A stretch of DNA of 64,000 bases from NCBI GenBank assembly GCA_965153285.1, contig OZ229110.1; one strand, written 5' to 3'. The position numbers and the translations under genes are program-made. The DNA comes from Podarcis tiliguerta (lineage: Eukaryota). This document shows positions 37,201 to 49,349 of this stretch, piece by piece. The notes below the pieces were generated by a model. That model did no database searches. It was not told the DNA's origin and saw nothing but the letters and a program-made list of their open reading frames with translations. Position 1 is the stretch's first letter. The number at the start of each line of letters is the position of its first letter.

Positions 37201-40200
37201 GAGAGGTGTGATCTGTGCCAAAAGAGAACGGCATGGGGAAGAAAGCTAAACCCCCATCCTTCCAGCTGTGTGCTCCATATTCAAGTTTCCTCTACAACTG
37301 CTTTTTAAGTCATTTAAGCCTGAGGTTCTCCAGCTGTGGCCCATAGACCATGTGTGGCCTGCAAGTTCCATTTAGGTGATCTGCAGAAAGGCTGAGGTTC
37401 AGTCATGTTTATCTGCACTCAGCCCTGCTAAGCCTAACAAAAAGCATAACTGACTTCACATAACTTTGCTTACAAAAGCAGGCATATCCGTCACACTATA
37501 GAGGCAAGACCATTGTTATTAAAATATGAGTTGGGGGTTGTTGTTTTTAAGTTTATTAAGTCATCCACCAAGACCGCCACCAATTTTCAAGTGATCTACA
37601 AAAAAGTTTGAGAAGCACTAAGAAACCAAAGACCCAATCAACGTTCCCCAGCATTTCCACTAATTTGGCCCAATATGGTTTTTCTCTTTTGCAGTAAGCC
37701 ATAAAGTGCCGTAGTGTGAATAGAGTACATTTGGGGACAATTGTCCTCGTTCCCCTAACCTGTTTCAGTGGATGTGTCTGGGGTGGTGCATCTATGCACT
37801 TACATCACTTGATTTTCATCACACATTTACACAGCACGTGGGGACGCACAGCTAAATGTGTGAATGGCCTCGAGTGAAATGGGTTCAAGGCAATATGTAC
37901 GTATGTGATGGTGCGTTCACATATGCAAACCAGCACTTGATGCTACAGCCACCAAGCAATGAGCTTGATTGTGTGAACCAGTCATAACTCACAGCTCTGA
38001 CACAAATTATTTCTCTGCCTCAGGACGAAACTAATGTTCTGTGCTATGGGCTGGACTGTTAATCAAGTCTCATCCTCCGAAGGTGACAGAACAGACTTCT
38101 TCACCCTCCTTCCGTCTCTCCTTGATTTCACATTGAGAAGCTGCAAGCAGAAGACGGGACAGTGTGACAATCTACTTGATCCAAATCCTGCTCTGCATTA
38201 TTCATGCATTTCTTTCCCATTGCTCACATTTTGGTTAGCCTTCATTCAGCCAAAAGCATGTTGAATGTTTCCCTGTTTTAGATGCTCTAATCTCTTCTGG
38301 GTTCCCTCCCCCCCCCCCCCACTTGCAGAAATGAGGTGTGTGCATTTGTGAAAGATCCTTCTATAACAGCTAATTCTCCCCTCCTTTACACCCCTTCCTA
38401 AACAATATATGTGCATAATCTCTTTACATAAGAAAGAATCAGAAAGGAAGAGCAACAAGGTAGGAGAGAGCCACGCCTACTTTTGCTACCCTGCACAATT
38501 TAAGCCAAATCCCAAACAGACAGAGTCAGTACACCGTATAACATTTGTCCTTCATGGGGCAGCTCTTGGAAGATGAATGCCCACGGATACATACACTAAA
38601 ATATTTCACTGGCGTGGATCCACTTCAGTACTATTGCTCAGGCACATGGTTTATTTTTATTTATTTATTTTTTAATATATATATATATATATATTTAAAA
38701 AACCAAACACATGATACTGTCTGCCAAGAGGGCTTTGCCTTCTTCGTTCCCTCCACAGCCTACAACTGCCTGCCCCCACCCCCGGCCAAAAAAAAAGCAA
38801 TGTATAGGTTCCCCCTTATTTTTTTGGTTTGCTTTGTAATCTCTACTCTTGGCAGTTATTTTGTAGGAAACAGAAAGCGTTGTCAGTCTGCAGCTTCTTC
38901 CTCGCTCTCGCTCTTCCTTTCTCTTATTAAATTGTAAAGCCCCATGGGCACTCAGACGTGCTTGGCTTCTATCTTCATCACTCAAGCAGTGATACTGCAC
39001 TGCAGGGGTGGGGAGGCAGCGGCAAGAATCCCTGGAGGGACTCAACTGCTCATCAGAAGGACTGGTATCCAGGCAACCAGCCTCCCCTGCCTGAGACAAG
39101 CAGAAACAGCTGGGAGCTTTGAAAACTAGGAGAAGCTACTGTAAAATGAGCAAGAAGGGAGGAGGGTGGAGAGAGAGAGAGAGAGAGACGTTGGCTGCCT
39201 TCTTGTAGGCATAACATTTGCCCAGCTACAGATGGCCGCCATGGCCAAACTTCAAACGGCCACTTTTTCTCTCTGAACCATGCACCAAACTCCAATTAAA
39301 TTGGTCTTGCCTACACACCCAGCAAATGATGGTGACTGGAGCTGATGGGATTTGTAGCCTAAAAACACCTGGAGGGCACCAGGTTGTGGAAGGCTGATTT
39401 CAATGTCAGGAAAGAAGTCCGGCCGTCAACCAGGAATAATGCTCCCAAGCATAGGAGCAAAGTTGATAGGCATTGCCATTCAAATGGTGTGCATCTTGTG
39501 ATTGGTTATGTGGAGCAGGGCTTACCTGCCCCCTTCCCCAGTGTTTTATTCCAGATGCCACCCTGCTTCCAAGTGGATAAATGCATGAGGTTTAAATTCC
39601 ACACCTAAGAGAAATAACGAGCAACTCAAACATTCGTAGCTAGGGGGGAATGACCTCCTTTTCCTCTGGCTAGCAACCAAGAGTCCTCCTCAAATCATGT
39701 CAGAGAAGGGCAATCCTGATCAGAGGTTGGTGTTTCCAGACAGACCTGAGTTTGTAGGCAACAGCAGAAGTGAATTTCTGTGAATGAATCCTTGTTTGGA
39801 GCCCACTTGTAATGGAAAGGCATTCGTGCTGAGGCTTTCTGAGTAAAAAAAAAACCCAAAACCCTTCGGCTTATCATAGGAAGTACATACTTGGATAGAA
39901 AAGATTCCTAGGCCAGCTAACTCAAGTAGTTGGAGAAACAAAGGCAGCCATGCTTGCTGTTTTGTTCTCAGGAGAGAGATCGCGATCCCAGATGACCTCG
40001 CCTTGAGGTCTGAAGGGAGAAGTGGGAGTTGCAACTTCAGAATTCCATTTCGCATCAAAGAAAAGAGGGTCACCCACTTCAAAAGGACAGCGACAGTTTA
40101 GGAAGCTGAAAGTCTGCTGCTTTATCTGTTTTCACCCCATGCAAAGCCTCTTATCTCAGCAAGCTGAGTTGTACCCCACTTCCAACACTCCCAGCATCTG

Positions 40201-41389
40201 TTTATTTCTCTCTTTAAAAAATCAGTTCCTCCCCTTGGAGAGGAGGGAATCGAAACACACAATTCATTTGGCCATCAAAAATCATTTGGCCAAGCCAGGA
40301 AGCAACTTGTATATATGACACACACATGTACCCATTGCATCTTCAGCGGCACCTAAGCTACTTGTAAGAATGATCTCATGGGGGGGGGGAGCAGGTTCCT
40401 GAATTGAGTTGTCTGTCATACGCCTCCCCACACTATGTTATCCCGTATGATCTTTGCCACAAGCACACAAGCTGTAACCCGATTCAATATCCCCCCCCCC
40501 AATATTTCTTTACAAAGAACTGAAACCTAAACAAAAGAATAGCAAGTGTTTTCTATTGCAGTTGATTTTAATTATATGAGTTTTAGTAGATTAGTCTATG
40601 AATTGAATGTGCTTATGAGGGGAAGGGGACAATAGTTCTGAAGCGAGATACTACCAAGGTATTTTCTTTTTCTTTTTGGATGATGCACATATATGTTTCA
40701 TAGCTGGCATAATCTTATAAGAGGCAGCCCTCCCCTGTGTGTGAGGGAAGGGAGAATGGCTCCTAGGAAGGTGCAGATTTTATGAGTGCTTGTATTAAAC
40801 AAATAATAACCGCAGCATATGAACTATTGCTATCAAGTGTTCTGAACACTCCGTGTGCATTATTAAGCAGTAACCCTCGTAAAAAGCCTGCAACGCACAT
40901 CAGTATTGTTATTTGCTTCCAGACAACCTGTTTATTGAACATTCATCCTGATTTGTTTGCACAAAGTTTCAGGGGACTTAGATGAAATCAGCTATTTACC
41001 AAGCATTCACCCTGTTTGCAGGTAATGGAGGGGCTGGGGAAACAACGGAGGAAGAATGAAATGTGGTTCTTGATGCACCTCCCCACACGGCCATCAACTG
41101 TTTTGAAAACACCTGATGGAACTGCACTTAAGATTGCATCTCTGTCTTTCACATAAGCACAGCAAGAGCGGGAGAGAGGATTTATTAAAATCTATATGCT
41201 GCCTATCTGGCTGGATTGCCCCAGCCATAGTAGGCAGTTCCCAACAAAAATAGTAAAAACACAATACAATAGGGTTGCCATACGCCCAGAATACTGCAGC
41301 CGCAGTAAAAATCTATTAGAACAAAAAAATACCATGGTGGTTCTCCCCGTTAGAAGCAATATCTTTGAAAAAATGGAATATGAGGGCTA

Positions 41390-42372
41390 ATTGGCCGACA
41401 TACAGAGAGCTGTTAACTGAAGGTAAAATTAAAAGACTTTGAGGAGATAAGAGAATTGGTAACAGATTGGTTACAGTATCATCAATTAAATGATATATTT
41501 ATGATAGATAAAAAGGAAGGTTTTAGTTATGAATCATCAAAATTTCAAAAATATGTTTTAGAAAATTATTGTTGAAAATGTATAATTTGCTCATGGAGTG
41601 GCATACAAAAGATGAACAGCTTAAATCTGTAATGATACAATGGGCATAATATACAAATGGCAAAGTGGGAGAAGCTATGGAAAACAGAATTGAAATTCGT
41701 GGCATGTTGTTCACTGAAAGTATATGAAAATGATGTATAGGTGGTATTTGACACCCGTCAAGTTAGCAAAAATGTACAGAACAAGTTCAAATATTTGCTG
41801 GAAATGTAAAGAAAAAGAAGGTACCATTTATCATATGCGACGGATGTTTAAAGTAACTAAAGATTTCTGGGCGATGATACATAATGAAATGAAAAAAATG
41901 TTTAAAATAACTTTTGTTTAAAAACCAGAAGTTTTACTAGGAATTATAGGTACTGAGATACCAAAGGATCAGAAAATGTTATTTATGTATGCGACAACAG
42001 CTGCTACTAGCCCAGAGATGGAAGGAAGAAACTATCCTGACAAGAGAAGAATGGCAAACCAAGTTGATAGACTATGCTGAAATGGAAAATTAACTGGGAA
42101 GCTCAGAAATCAAGAAGCCAAGAACTTTAATAAGGAATGGGAAAAGTTTATATTTAATTTACGAAACTGTAAACAGGTTAAAACATTAGCAGGATTTTAA
42201 CCACACTTGTAAAGTATGGGTAATTTAGAAGGATTAAAAATTTGGATAAGTATTGATATGCAGTTAGAAAAAAATACCATTAGGACCCATGGAAGGGATG
42301 GGGGGGGGGGGAAGTCAGGAGATTCAGAGCAATCTTGACATGTGGAGTCAGAACTGTTTTTGTTGTATGTAT
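41390..42372 (+). mobile_element. L1 LINE ORF2 3' fragment (pseudogenised) + 3' UTR
   Basis: MKMMYRWYLTPVKLAKMYRTSSNICWKCKEKEGTIYHM matches the L1 ORF2 cysteine-rich C-terminal domain; A-rich sense strand; stops and frameshifts. Confidence 0.9.
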
Positions 42373-42520
42373 ATGAGGGAACCGCCAGCAGGCCCTCGGC
42401 GCTGGACCTCAGTGTCCAGGCAGAACGATGGGGGTGGAGACACTCCTTCAGGTATACTGGACTGAGGCCGTTTAGGGCTTTAAAGGTCAACACCAACACT
42501 TTGAATTGTACTCAGAAACG
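42373..42520 (-). mobile_element. L2 LINE ORF2 fragment
   Basis: Minus strand QFKVLVLTFKALNGLSPVYLKECLHPHRSAWTLRSSAEGLLAVP. Confidence 0.85.
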
Positions 42521-42977
42521 AAAAAAAGAGTGGCTCTAACTTCCATCTCCTGCTTGCACTGACTCTTTGAATACTTCTCCCTCCAAAGGGCAGCCCCATA
42601 TGGCTCTCCTGGTCTTTTCTGGTAGCCTTCTCCCAACAAGCTCACACAATGCCACTTGCCAGGAGACAAGAAATAGACCCAGAGGGCCTTGGCAGGAGCA
42701 TTCCAAAGCTAAAAATAACTATGGGTCAGCTGTGAAGGAGCCTGAGGTCCTTTACTGCCCCCTCCCTTCCTCCCTATACTTTACCCTCCCATGCACAGCT
42801 GGTGCTGCAGTCACCAAGAGGACAAACAGCCCCATGACAAATCCTGGGTCTGCCTCTTTCCATCAACAACTCCCTCCTCCTCTTCTCCTCCAGGCATCTC
42901 TGCTGCTAGAAGCCAGGTTGCTGCTAAATTATTACAGGGAGTAGGAAAGAAAGAAAGCACAACGCTGTTCTGGAAGC

Positions 42978-43329
42978 AAGGATGGGGAAAACCATCCATT
43001 TCCGTTTCTCATTCTTCCAAGTTCTTAAGTTCAGTTCTCCCCATTTCTACCTTGGTTTGCACTTAAAGGGGGCAATCCACCTGAAAATTCACCAGTGAAT
43101 TCCCCCTAATATACAAATATGTGTGCATTTTTGCCTAATGTAAACATTTTTGCAATCTTCCCTGATATAATGCATTTTAAAACGTTGCTTTTGCTGGTAC
43201 ATTTGCATTCCTATGCACACCTCACACTAGTATAATTCCATTACAAAATTCAGAGAAGCGTGCATTTTGAAAGATGGCTGTGCTCACCTTTCAACATGAA
43301 CTGAATCAAATTTCTCCCCCCGTCCTTAG
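42978..43329. mobile_element. hAT-like non-autonomous element, degenerate
   Basis: AAGGATGGGG ... CCCCCGTCCTT ends; related to 4998-5295. Confidence 0.55.
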
Positions 43330-44167
43330 CTGGAAGCAACCCTTTCATTCAGTCAACACTGACAGAACACCTTGTGGGGATTTGGGATTATAGCGAGAAG
43401 ATAGTTATTGAGTCTTGTCCTGTTCTTATCAAATGCATTTCAATCAAACATTCCCTTTTAGGCCCCCGTAAATAATATTCCAGTATCTTTCCAGCAGCTG
43501 CATAATTTAACTTTGTCTGCTTTTCCTTTCAGTCAAGCTGCCATTCAATTAGCATTTGCTATAGTTATTTTAACAAACATTACCAACTTAAGTCCCATTG
43601 ATTTTAGAAAGGAACATTTACGTATACACTTTATTCTCTGACTGTAATCAGTGGTGATTAAGACTGCAGCCCTATTCAAAAACAACAACAAAAATGTTGT
43701 TTTAAGTAGATTGGACTCCCTAGCCTCTTTGGCTAATTCAGATAGATGCTGGTCATGTTGATACTGCTTCTTGGAGGCAGAGAACGTGGGTGTGTCCTCT
43801 TTTAGGTCAGAAATTGTTCTTATTTTGCTTGGGGGGAAATCTTTGATATTTGTAGATGTTCATGACTTAAAATCCTATGATCTGAGGAGCAACAGATGGA
43901 TCCCTTGAGCCCTTATGGTTTCAAAAGGACTTATACTTCAAGGTTGGAAGGACATAAAAAATAATTTTATTTACAAGCATGCACATTGTTGCAAACCGCC
44001 CTAATTTCTGAGCAGTGTGAGATTGCAGGGGTCCCAGACGCTTACGCAAGGTTTGTGTTTACTTTTGGAAATGAGGCACAGTGGAGACTGTGGAATCTTT
44101 GGGATTTACGGTTCATTTACACATATACGCAGCTTGTCAAGGGTGCTTGCAGCCAAAGGAAGGCACA

Positions 44168-44950
44168 CATAGAATCAAAGAATCATAGAGTTGGAAGAGA
44201 ACACAAGGGCCATCGAGTCCAACCCCCTGCCAAGCAGGAAACACCATCAGAGCACTCCTGACATATGGCTGTCAAGCCTCTGCTTAAAGACCTCCAAAGA
44301 AGGAGACTCCACCACACTCCTTGGCAGCAAATTCCACTGTCGAACAGCTCTTACTGTCAGGAAGTTCTTCCTAATGTTTAGGTGGAATCTTCTTTCTTGT
44401 AGTTTGGATCCATTGCTCCGTGTCCGCTTCTCTGGAGCAGCAGAAAACAACCTTTCTCCCTCCTCTATGTGACATCCTTTTATATATTTGAACATGGCTA
44501 TCATATCACCCCTTAACCTCCTCTTCTCCAGGCTAAACATGCCCAGCTCCCTTAGCCGTTCCTCATAAGGCATCGTTTCCAGGCCTTTGACCATTTTGGT
44601 TGCCCTCCTCTGGACACGTTCCAGTTTGTCAGTGTCCTTCTTGAACTGTGGCGCCCAGAACTGGACACAGTACTCCAGGTGAGGTCTGACCAGAGCAGAA
44701 TACAGTGGCACTATAACTTCCCTTGATCTAGATGCTATACTCCTATTGATGCAGCCCAGAATTGCATTGGCTTTTTTAGCTGCCGCGTCACACTGTCGGC
44801 TCATGTCAAGTTTGTGGTCAACCAAGACTCCTAGATCCTTTTCACATGTACTGCTCTCAAGCCAGGTGTCACCCATCTTGTATTTGTGCCTCTCATTTTT
44901 TTTGCCCAAGTGCAATACTTTACATTTCTCCCTGTTAAAATTCATCTTGG
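44168..44950 (-). mobile_element. young 5'-truncated CR1 LINE with uninterrupted ORF2 C-terminus
   Basis: ORF 44247-44945 (232 aa) contains [51 protein letters not shown] and [13 protein letters not shown]; (ATTCTATG)-type tail. Confidence 0.97.
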
Positions 44951-46342
44951 CAGAGACTTAAAATTCATCACGGCAGAGACTTCACTCTTAATGGTCAAAG
45001 TTATGCTTGCAGTCACTTCTACAGCTCTGGATAGCTGCACACACTGATCTAGAGTCTTGGTAGCTACTCCCAGGTGCGAGCTCCATGCAGCAGTTGCAGC
45101 AACTGGGCACCACTCCCCCTCCACCATTTTATGTACCTTCCCTTGACAGGCTAGCTGGAGACTGTGCCTGCGTGGAAACGTCCTCTGCTCTTCCTGCTTC
45201 AATTCTCTCCTAGTTCTGGGAGGCAGTGGTGCAGGCAAGGCGGGGAGAAGCACTTGGCCCTTCACTTGCCTGGCCGGCCTCTTCCTCCTCCCTTTCTGAG
45301 CCATCCTGTGCTCCACTCTCCAGCTTTGAAGCTTCCCCTTGCCTCCTGCCTGGTTCAGGTGCCCACAAAACCACTTCCCTCGTCTCCCGAGGGCACCTTT
45401 GCCCAGTTCCTGACACAACCTGAACCTACTTTGGAGGAGTTCACAGCATTAACAGCCCAAAAGGATCTTGCTTCTCCCATAGCCACAGCCTTGGATTCAA
45501 ACAGAAATCAAACAACATGCTCTGCCTCTCCCGCTTGCTGATTTTCTTCTAGATCACCTTACTCCTAACTCCAACCTCTCTACTCTAAACTCTTGACTTT
45601 ATCTGTTGAGGGAGGAAGCCCCCCCCCCCCCAATTTGCTGCCTGGCACAGAGCCCTCTTTGATCCTTGGTTCACTCAATGGACCATCACTCAACACAGGA
45701 AGCCAGTCTGGTTTAATTAGCTGTTAACACTCGCTGGATCCAGTGATTAGAGAGGCCAGGCAACCAGTTTAACACCCCCAAGCCTTGATTAAAGTCTAAT
45801 ACTTACTGGAGCCAGGAATCATAGGTCTCTGGCACCCGCAAACTTCTAACACTATTATTCTCCAAGTTCAGTAAAACAGTCGTGATATATTTTGTACTTG
45901 TTTAATGGATGCAATTTTATAGTTGGTATTTTTCCTTAATGGTGGTGGTATGAATTTTTTTGAAAACAAATATGTAAAAATAAATGTTATAAAAATCCTT
46001 TCACAAAAGGAAATTTAAAAATCTAGACTCCTAGCAGAGGGATCTTCCTACTCAAATCTTCTAAAGGAAGAAGTAACTGTTTTCATTTGTGTTTCTTCTA
46101 CCTAACCACAGACTGGTGCTCCCAACAGGAATTCACAGTTTGGGGGACACCTGATAGGGCTCTCCAAGGTGCCACCCCTATTTTGCAGTGCCCTCCCCTA
46201 GGAACACATTTGCCCTCTTCCATTTACAAATTTAGATGGCCACTGAAGACGTTTTCATTTATTCAGTCTTTTGTAAACACAGGCTAGATTGTTAATACCT
46301 AATAGTTGCTGACTTTTTTGAGGAGCCGTTAATGATTCTGGC

Positions 46343-46878
46343 CCCTTCATGGATCACTTTGTCATGGCGAAGGGGCTTCAATAACTCCGAGAAGCTAGGT
46401 GCTTTATGCCAGGGGTCAGCAAACTTTTTCAGCAGGGGGCCGGTCCACTGTCCCTCAGACCTTGTGGGGGGCCAGTCTATATTTTGGAGGGGGAAAAGAA
46501 CAAATTCCTATGATCCACAAATAACCCAGAGATGCATTTTAAATAAAAGGACGCATTCTACTCATGTAAAAACACGCAGATTCCCGGACCATCTGCAGGC
46601 TGGATTTAGAAGGTGATTGGGCCGAATCTGGCCCCCGGGCCTTTGTTTGCCTTGCCATGCAGGGCCACCCAAGACGGACAGGTCATAGCCGAGAGTTTAG
46701 ACTAAATGTGATCCACTTGGAGAAGGAACTGACAAACCACTCCAGTATTTTGCCAAGAAAACTCCATGGACATAAAAAAGCAGAAGCTTTAAGAAGAAGG
46801 TGAGAGTTTCCAAGGCATGCTCTGGTTCATGGGATCACGGAGAGTCGAAGACGACTAAGACGACTAAAGAATAACAAC
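46343..46878 (+). mobile_element. BovB/RTE deletion derivative (5' UTR joined to 3' end), interrupted by a hAT MITE
   Basis: CATGGATCAC..TTGTCATGGCGAAGGGGCTT and CAGGGCCACCCAAGACGGACAGGTCATAG..GGAGAAGGAA..AAACCACTCCAGTAT (BovB-like 5' region), then GGCATGCTCTGGTTCATGGGATCACGGAGAGTCG..ACGACTAA..AACAAC (BovB 3' tail, compare 12573-12773). Confidence 0.8.
46410..46652 (+). mobile_element. hAT (Charlie-like) MITE, right end deleted
   Basis: Same family as 26865-27109 (CAGGGGTCAGCAA.., AAATAACCCAGAGATGCATTTTAAATAAAA). Confidence 0.88.
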
Positions 46879-47096
46879 GGTCCCGGGCCATTGTTATTTT
46901 TTATTATTATTATATGTATTTTGTTTTTTGTATCTTATTGTAAATTCTCTTGGGAAAGTGATCTAAAACTGTAACTAAGATGTAAATAAATTTGTAATTT
47001 TCTGAAAAGTGGAATATTGCTACCTGGAATCCTCTTTGGGTCTGGTGGCCCCACTGAATAGCTGGGGAAACACCTTTTACCAGGGGAAATATAAGG

Positions 47097-47110
47097 GTCT
47101 CCTTGGCAAC
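47097..47110. promoter_or_regulatory. RFX X-box-like site
   Basis: GTCTCCTTGGCAAC. Confidence 0.35.
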
Positions 47111-48372
47111 AGCTTCCTGCTTTGCTGGCTTCAGGATTTGTGTTAGATCTGAAGTCCAAAAAGCGCTGTCTGCAAAAGAAAGAGGGGGGTGGAAATAAAA
47201 CAGGAAAAAGCAACGTGAGATTTTATGCCTCAGAATTCTGACTAAAGCAACATTTAGAAGCTCTCGTAAGCTTCCTACAGAAACCAATGTCAGTTCCCTT
47301 CAAGGCTTCTGCTACAGGAAGCTCCTTTCCCTGTATCTCCCCCCAACAGCATTCATAACACATTCCTATTAGCGGTATGAAGAGCTATGAATGGATTAAA
47401 TGTGCTCGCTGTGCTGTGCCCACATTTGCACTCTCCGTCTCTAGGCTGCTCGCTTAAGCTAAGCACGATTCAAGTGCTTGCAAGGGAGATCCCTCAAGAA
47501 CTCTTTGCTGCAGCCAAAAACAGCAATAGTGAGGATTCCATAGCAGGAAAACTGGGGCACACCATGCCTTTGTGCTACCGGGGGCAAGAGAGTGCCCATC
47601 CAGGGAGGAGGGGGCGGGTGCTGCAGCTGCAGTCGACTGGCAAAATTCCACACCTCGATGTTTTATTTATAAGTGACAAACCCAACATCGATGGAATAAA
47701 ATGAAAAATCCCTCTCATCTTCAGGAAACTGAAAGATAAACTTCCATTATTTACCAAGCACCATCAGGATGCTTGGGCACACAGCACAGGCAGAGAGAGA
47801 GAGAGAGAAGAAACAAACTCTGCAGCCTCAGCCACAGGAGGGCATCATTTCCTGACAGCATCTCCCAGCACCAAAGGTGGCGACAGTTTTACTATTTCCT
47901 CCAAGAATTGTAGAGGACACGTGAGATATGGAATGTCACGTATAGCACACCAGTTGAAACAGAAGGCATTTGGTGCACACAGAACTGGCAAATCCTCAGA
48001 ATAGCTACCAATTTGGGAGCAAACTCTGGCACAGCTTGAGACTGGAGATATCAGCAAAGCTCACCGGGTTCAGACCCAGAAACAAGATTTTGGGAGTTGG
48101 GAAATGTTCATCTCAAAGAAGAGGCAAGAATTAGCAGCAGCTGAATTCTTCTCTAGCTCAAGTCAAAATCCAAGCTGGGGAAGATTTCTTGGTTTACCCT
48201 TCCTTTGAAGAGTTAATCCTAGGAAAACTGGAACAGGGGTGCAAAAGTTCACCCCCTGCACTAGACCTTATGCCAAGGGTCAATCCTCCCCCTCCCCCCC
48301 CCCAGCCTGCATCTCCAGCTGGGAGCGAAGCCCTGCCTGAAACCCTGGTTGCGGTTGTTTTGCTTTTTGACA

Positions 48373-48518
48373 CTGGATGGCTCAGTTGGTTACAGCGTAG
48401 TGCTGATAATGCCAAGGTTGCAGGTTTGATCCCCATATGAGACAGCTGCCTATTCCAGCATTGCAGGGGGTTGGACCAGCCGATCCTCAGGGTCCCTTTC
48501 AACTCTACAATTCTATGA
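48373..48518 (+). mobile_element. SINE: tRNA-Ile-like head + CR1 tail
   Basis: GGATGGCTCAGTTGGTTACAGCGTAGTGCTGATAATGCCAAGGTTGCAGGTTTGATCCCC...AACTCTACAATTCTATGA. Confidence 0.9.
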
Positions 48519-48821
48519 CATATATTACATAATTTCCTACTGTACTATGTCAATGGTGGTGGAATCAGTCTTTTTCATGAGACAATGGAAGAGTGTGCCT
48601 GTGGGGGTGAAGTCAAACCACTGGAGAGTTACAGCGGTTGATATGAAGACCAATATGGAAGAGACATGTTTTGTTGCAGCTGGAGCAGATAAAGGCATCC
48701 AGTTGTGCTGATACAGGTGTGCCAAGATGTTTCTTCTTTCTACATTCCTCCCAGCCGTCATTTCTCTTCAAGTCACTCCTGTATATAGCTTTATTATTTT
48801 TCTTGCTTTATTTTAACTCGA

Positions 48822-49170
48822 CTGTAGGCCATTGGTCGCTCCTGACCAGTCGACAGGACAGTAAATTTATTTATCATTTCATTTACAAACTGTATACTAT
48901 GAAGCATCTCAAAGTGATTTCATGATGCAATAAAAACAAACACTAAAACATTAGGCTATTAATAATGATAATAATAGATATGACCCCTGTTATGCTCTTC
49001 AAGCACCGTCTTCCTCAACAACTTTGCAGCTTTAGATGTTGGCATCCATGGTCTGAACAGACAAATTTAGGGCCAATTCTCATAAAGCAACAATTTGTGT
49101 GTGCATGCCTAAGCTGTTTTAAGAATACTCTTTAAAGTGCAATTATTAAGCATGACGAACATTCATTTGC
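48822..49170 (+). repeat. direct repeat copy 1 (copy 2 at 50973-51271)
   Basis: Shared exact blocks AACACTAAAACATTAGGCTATTAATAATGATAATA, GTTGGCATCCATGGTCTGA and GGCCAATTCTCATAAAGCA. Confidence 0.92.
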
Positions 49171-49233
49171 AAACACAAATGTATCATGCAGTTCCTGTGC
49201 ACTCATCAGAAAGTCAGAGTCCTTTCCATTGTT

Positions 49234-49349
49234 TCCAGAGAGATAGCCACATTACTCTGTGGCAGCAAGAACAACTAAGAGTCTTGTGGCACCTTAAATG
49301 TATTATGGCATAAGCTTTTGTAGACTAGAGTCCACTCTTTCAGATGCAT
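49234..49349 (-). mobile_element. Penelope-like element remnant with degenerate hammerhead
   Basis: Minus strand GCAT-CTGAAAGA-GTGGACTCTAGTCTAC-AAAAGCTT-ATGC...TAAGGTGCCACAAGACTC. Confidence 0.7.

Noticed and set aside
44247-44945. Host protein-coding gene (232 aa)
   Set aside because: It is the C-terminal part of CR1 ORF2 in a 5'-truncated copy.
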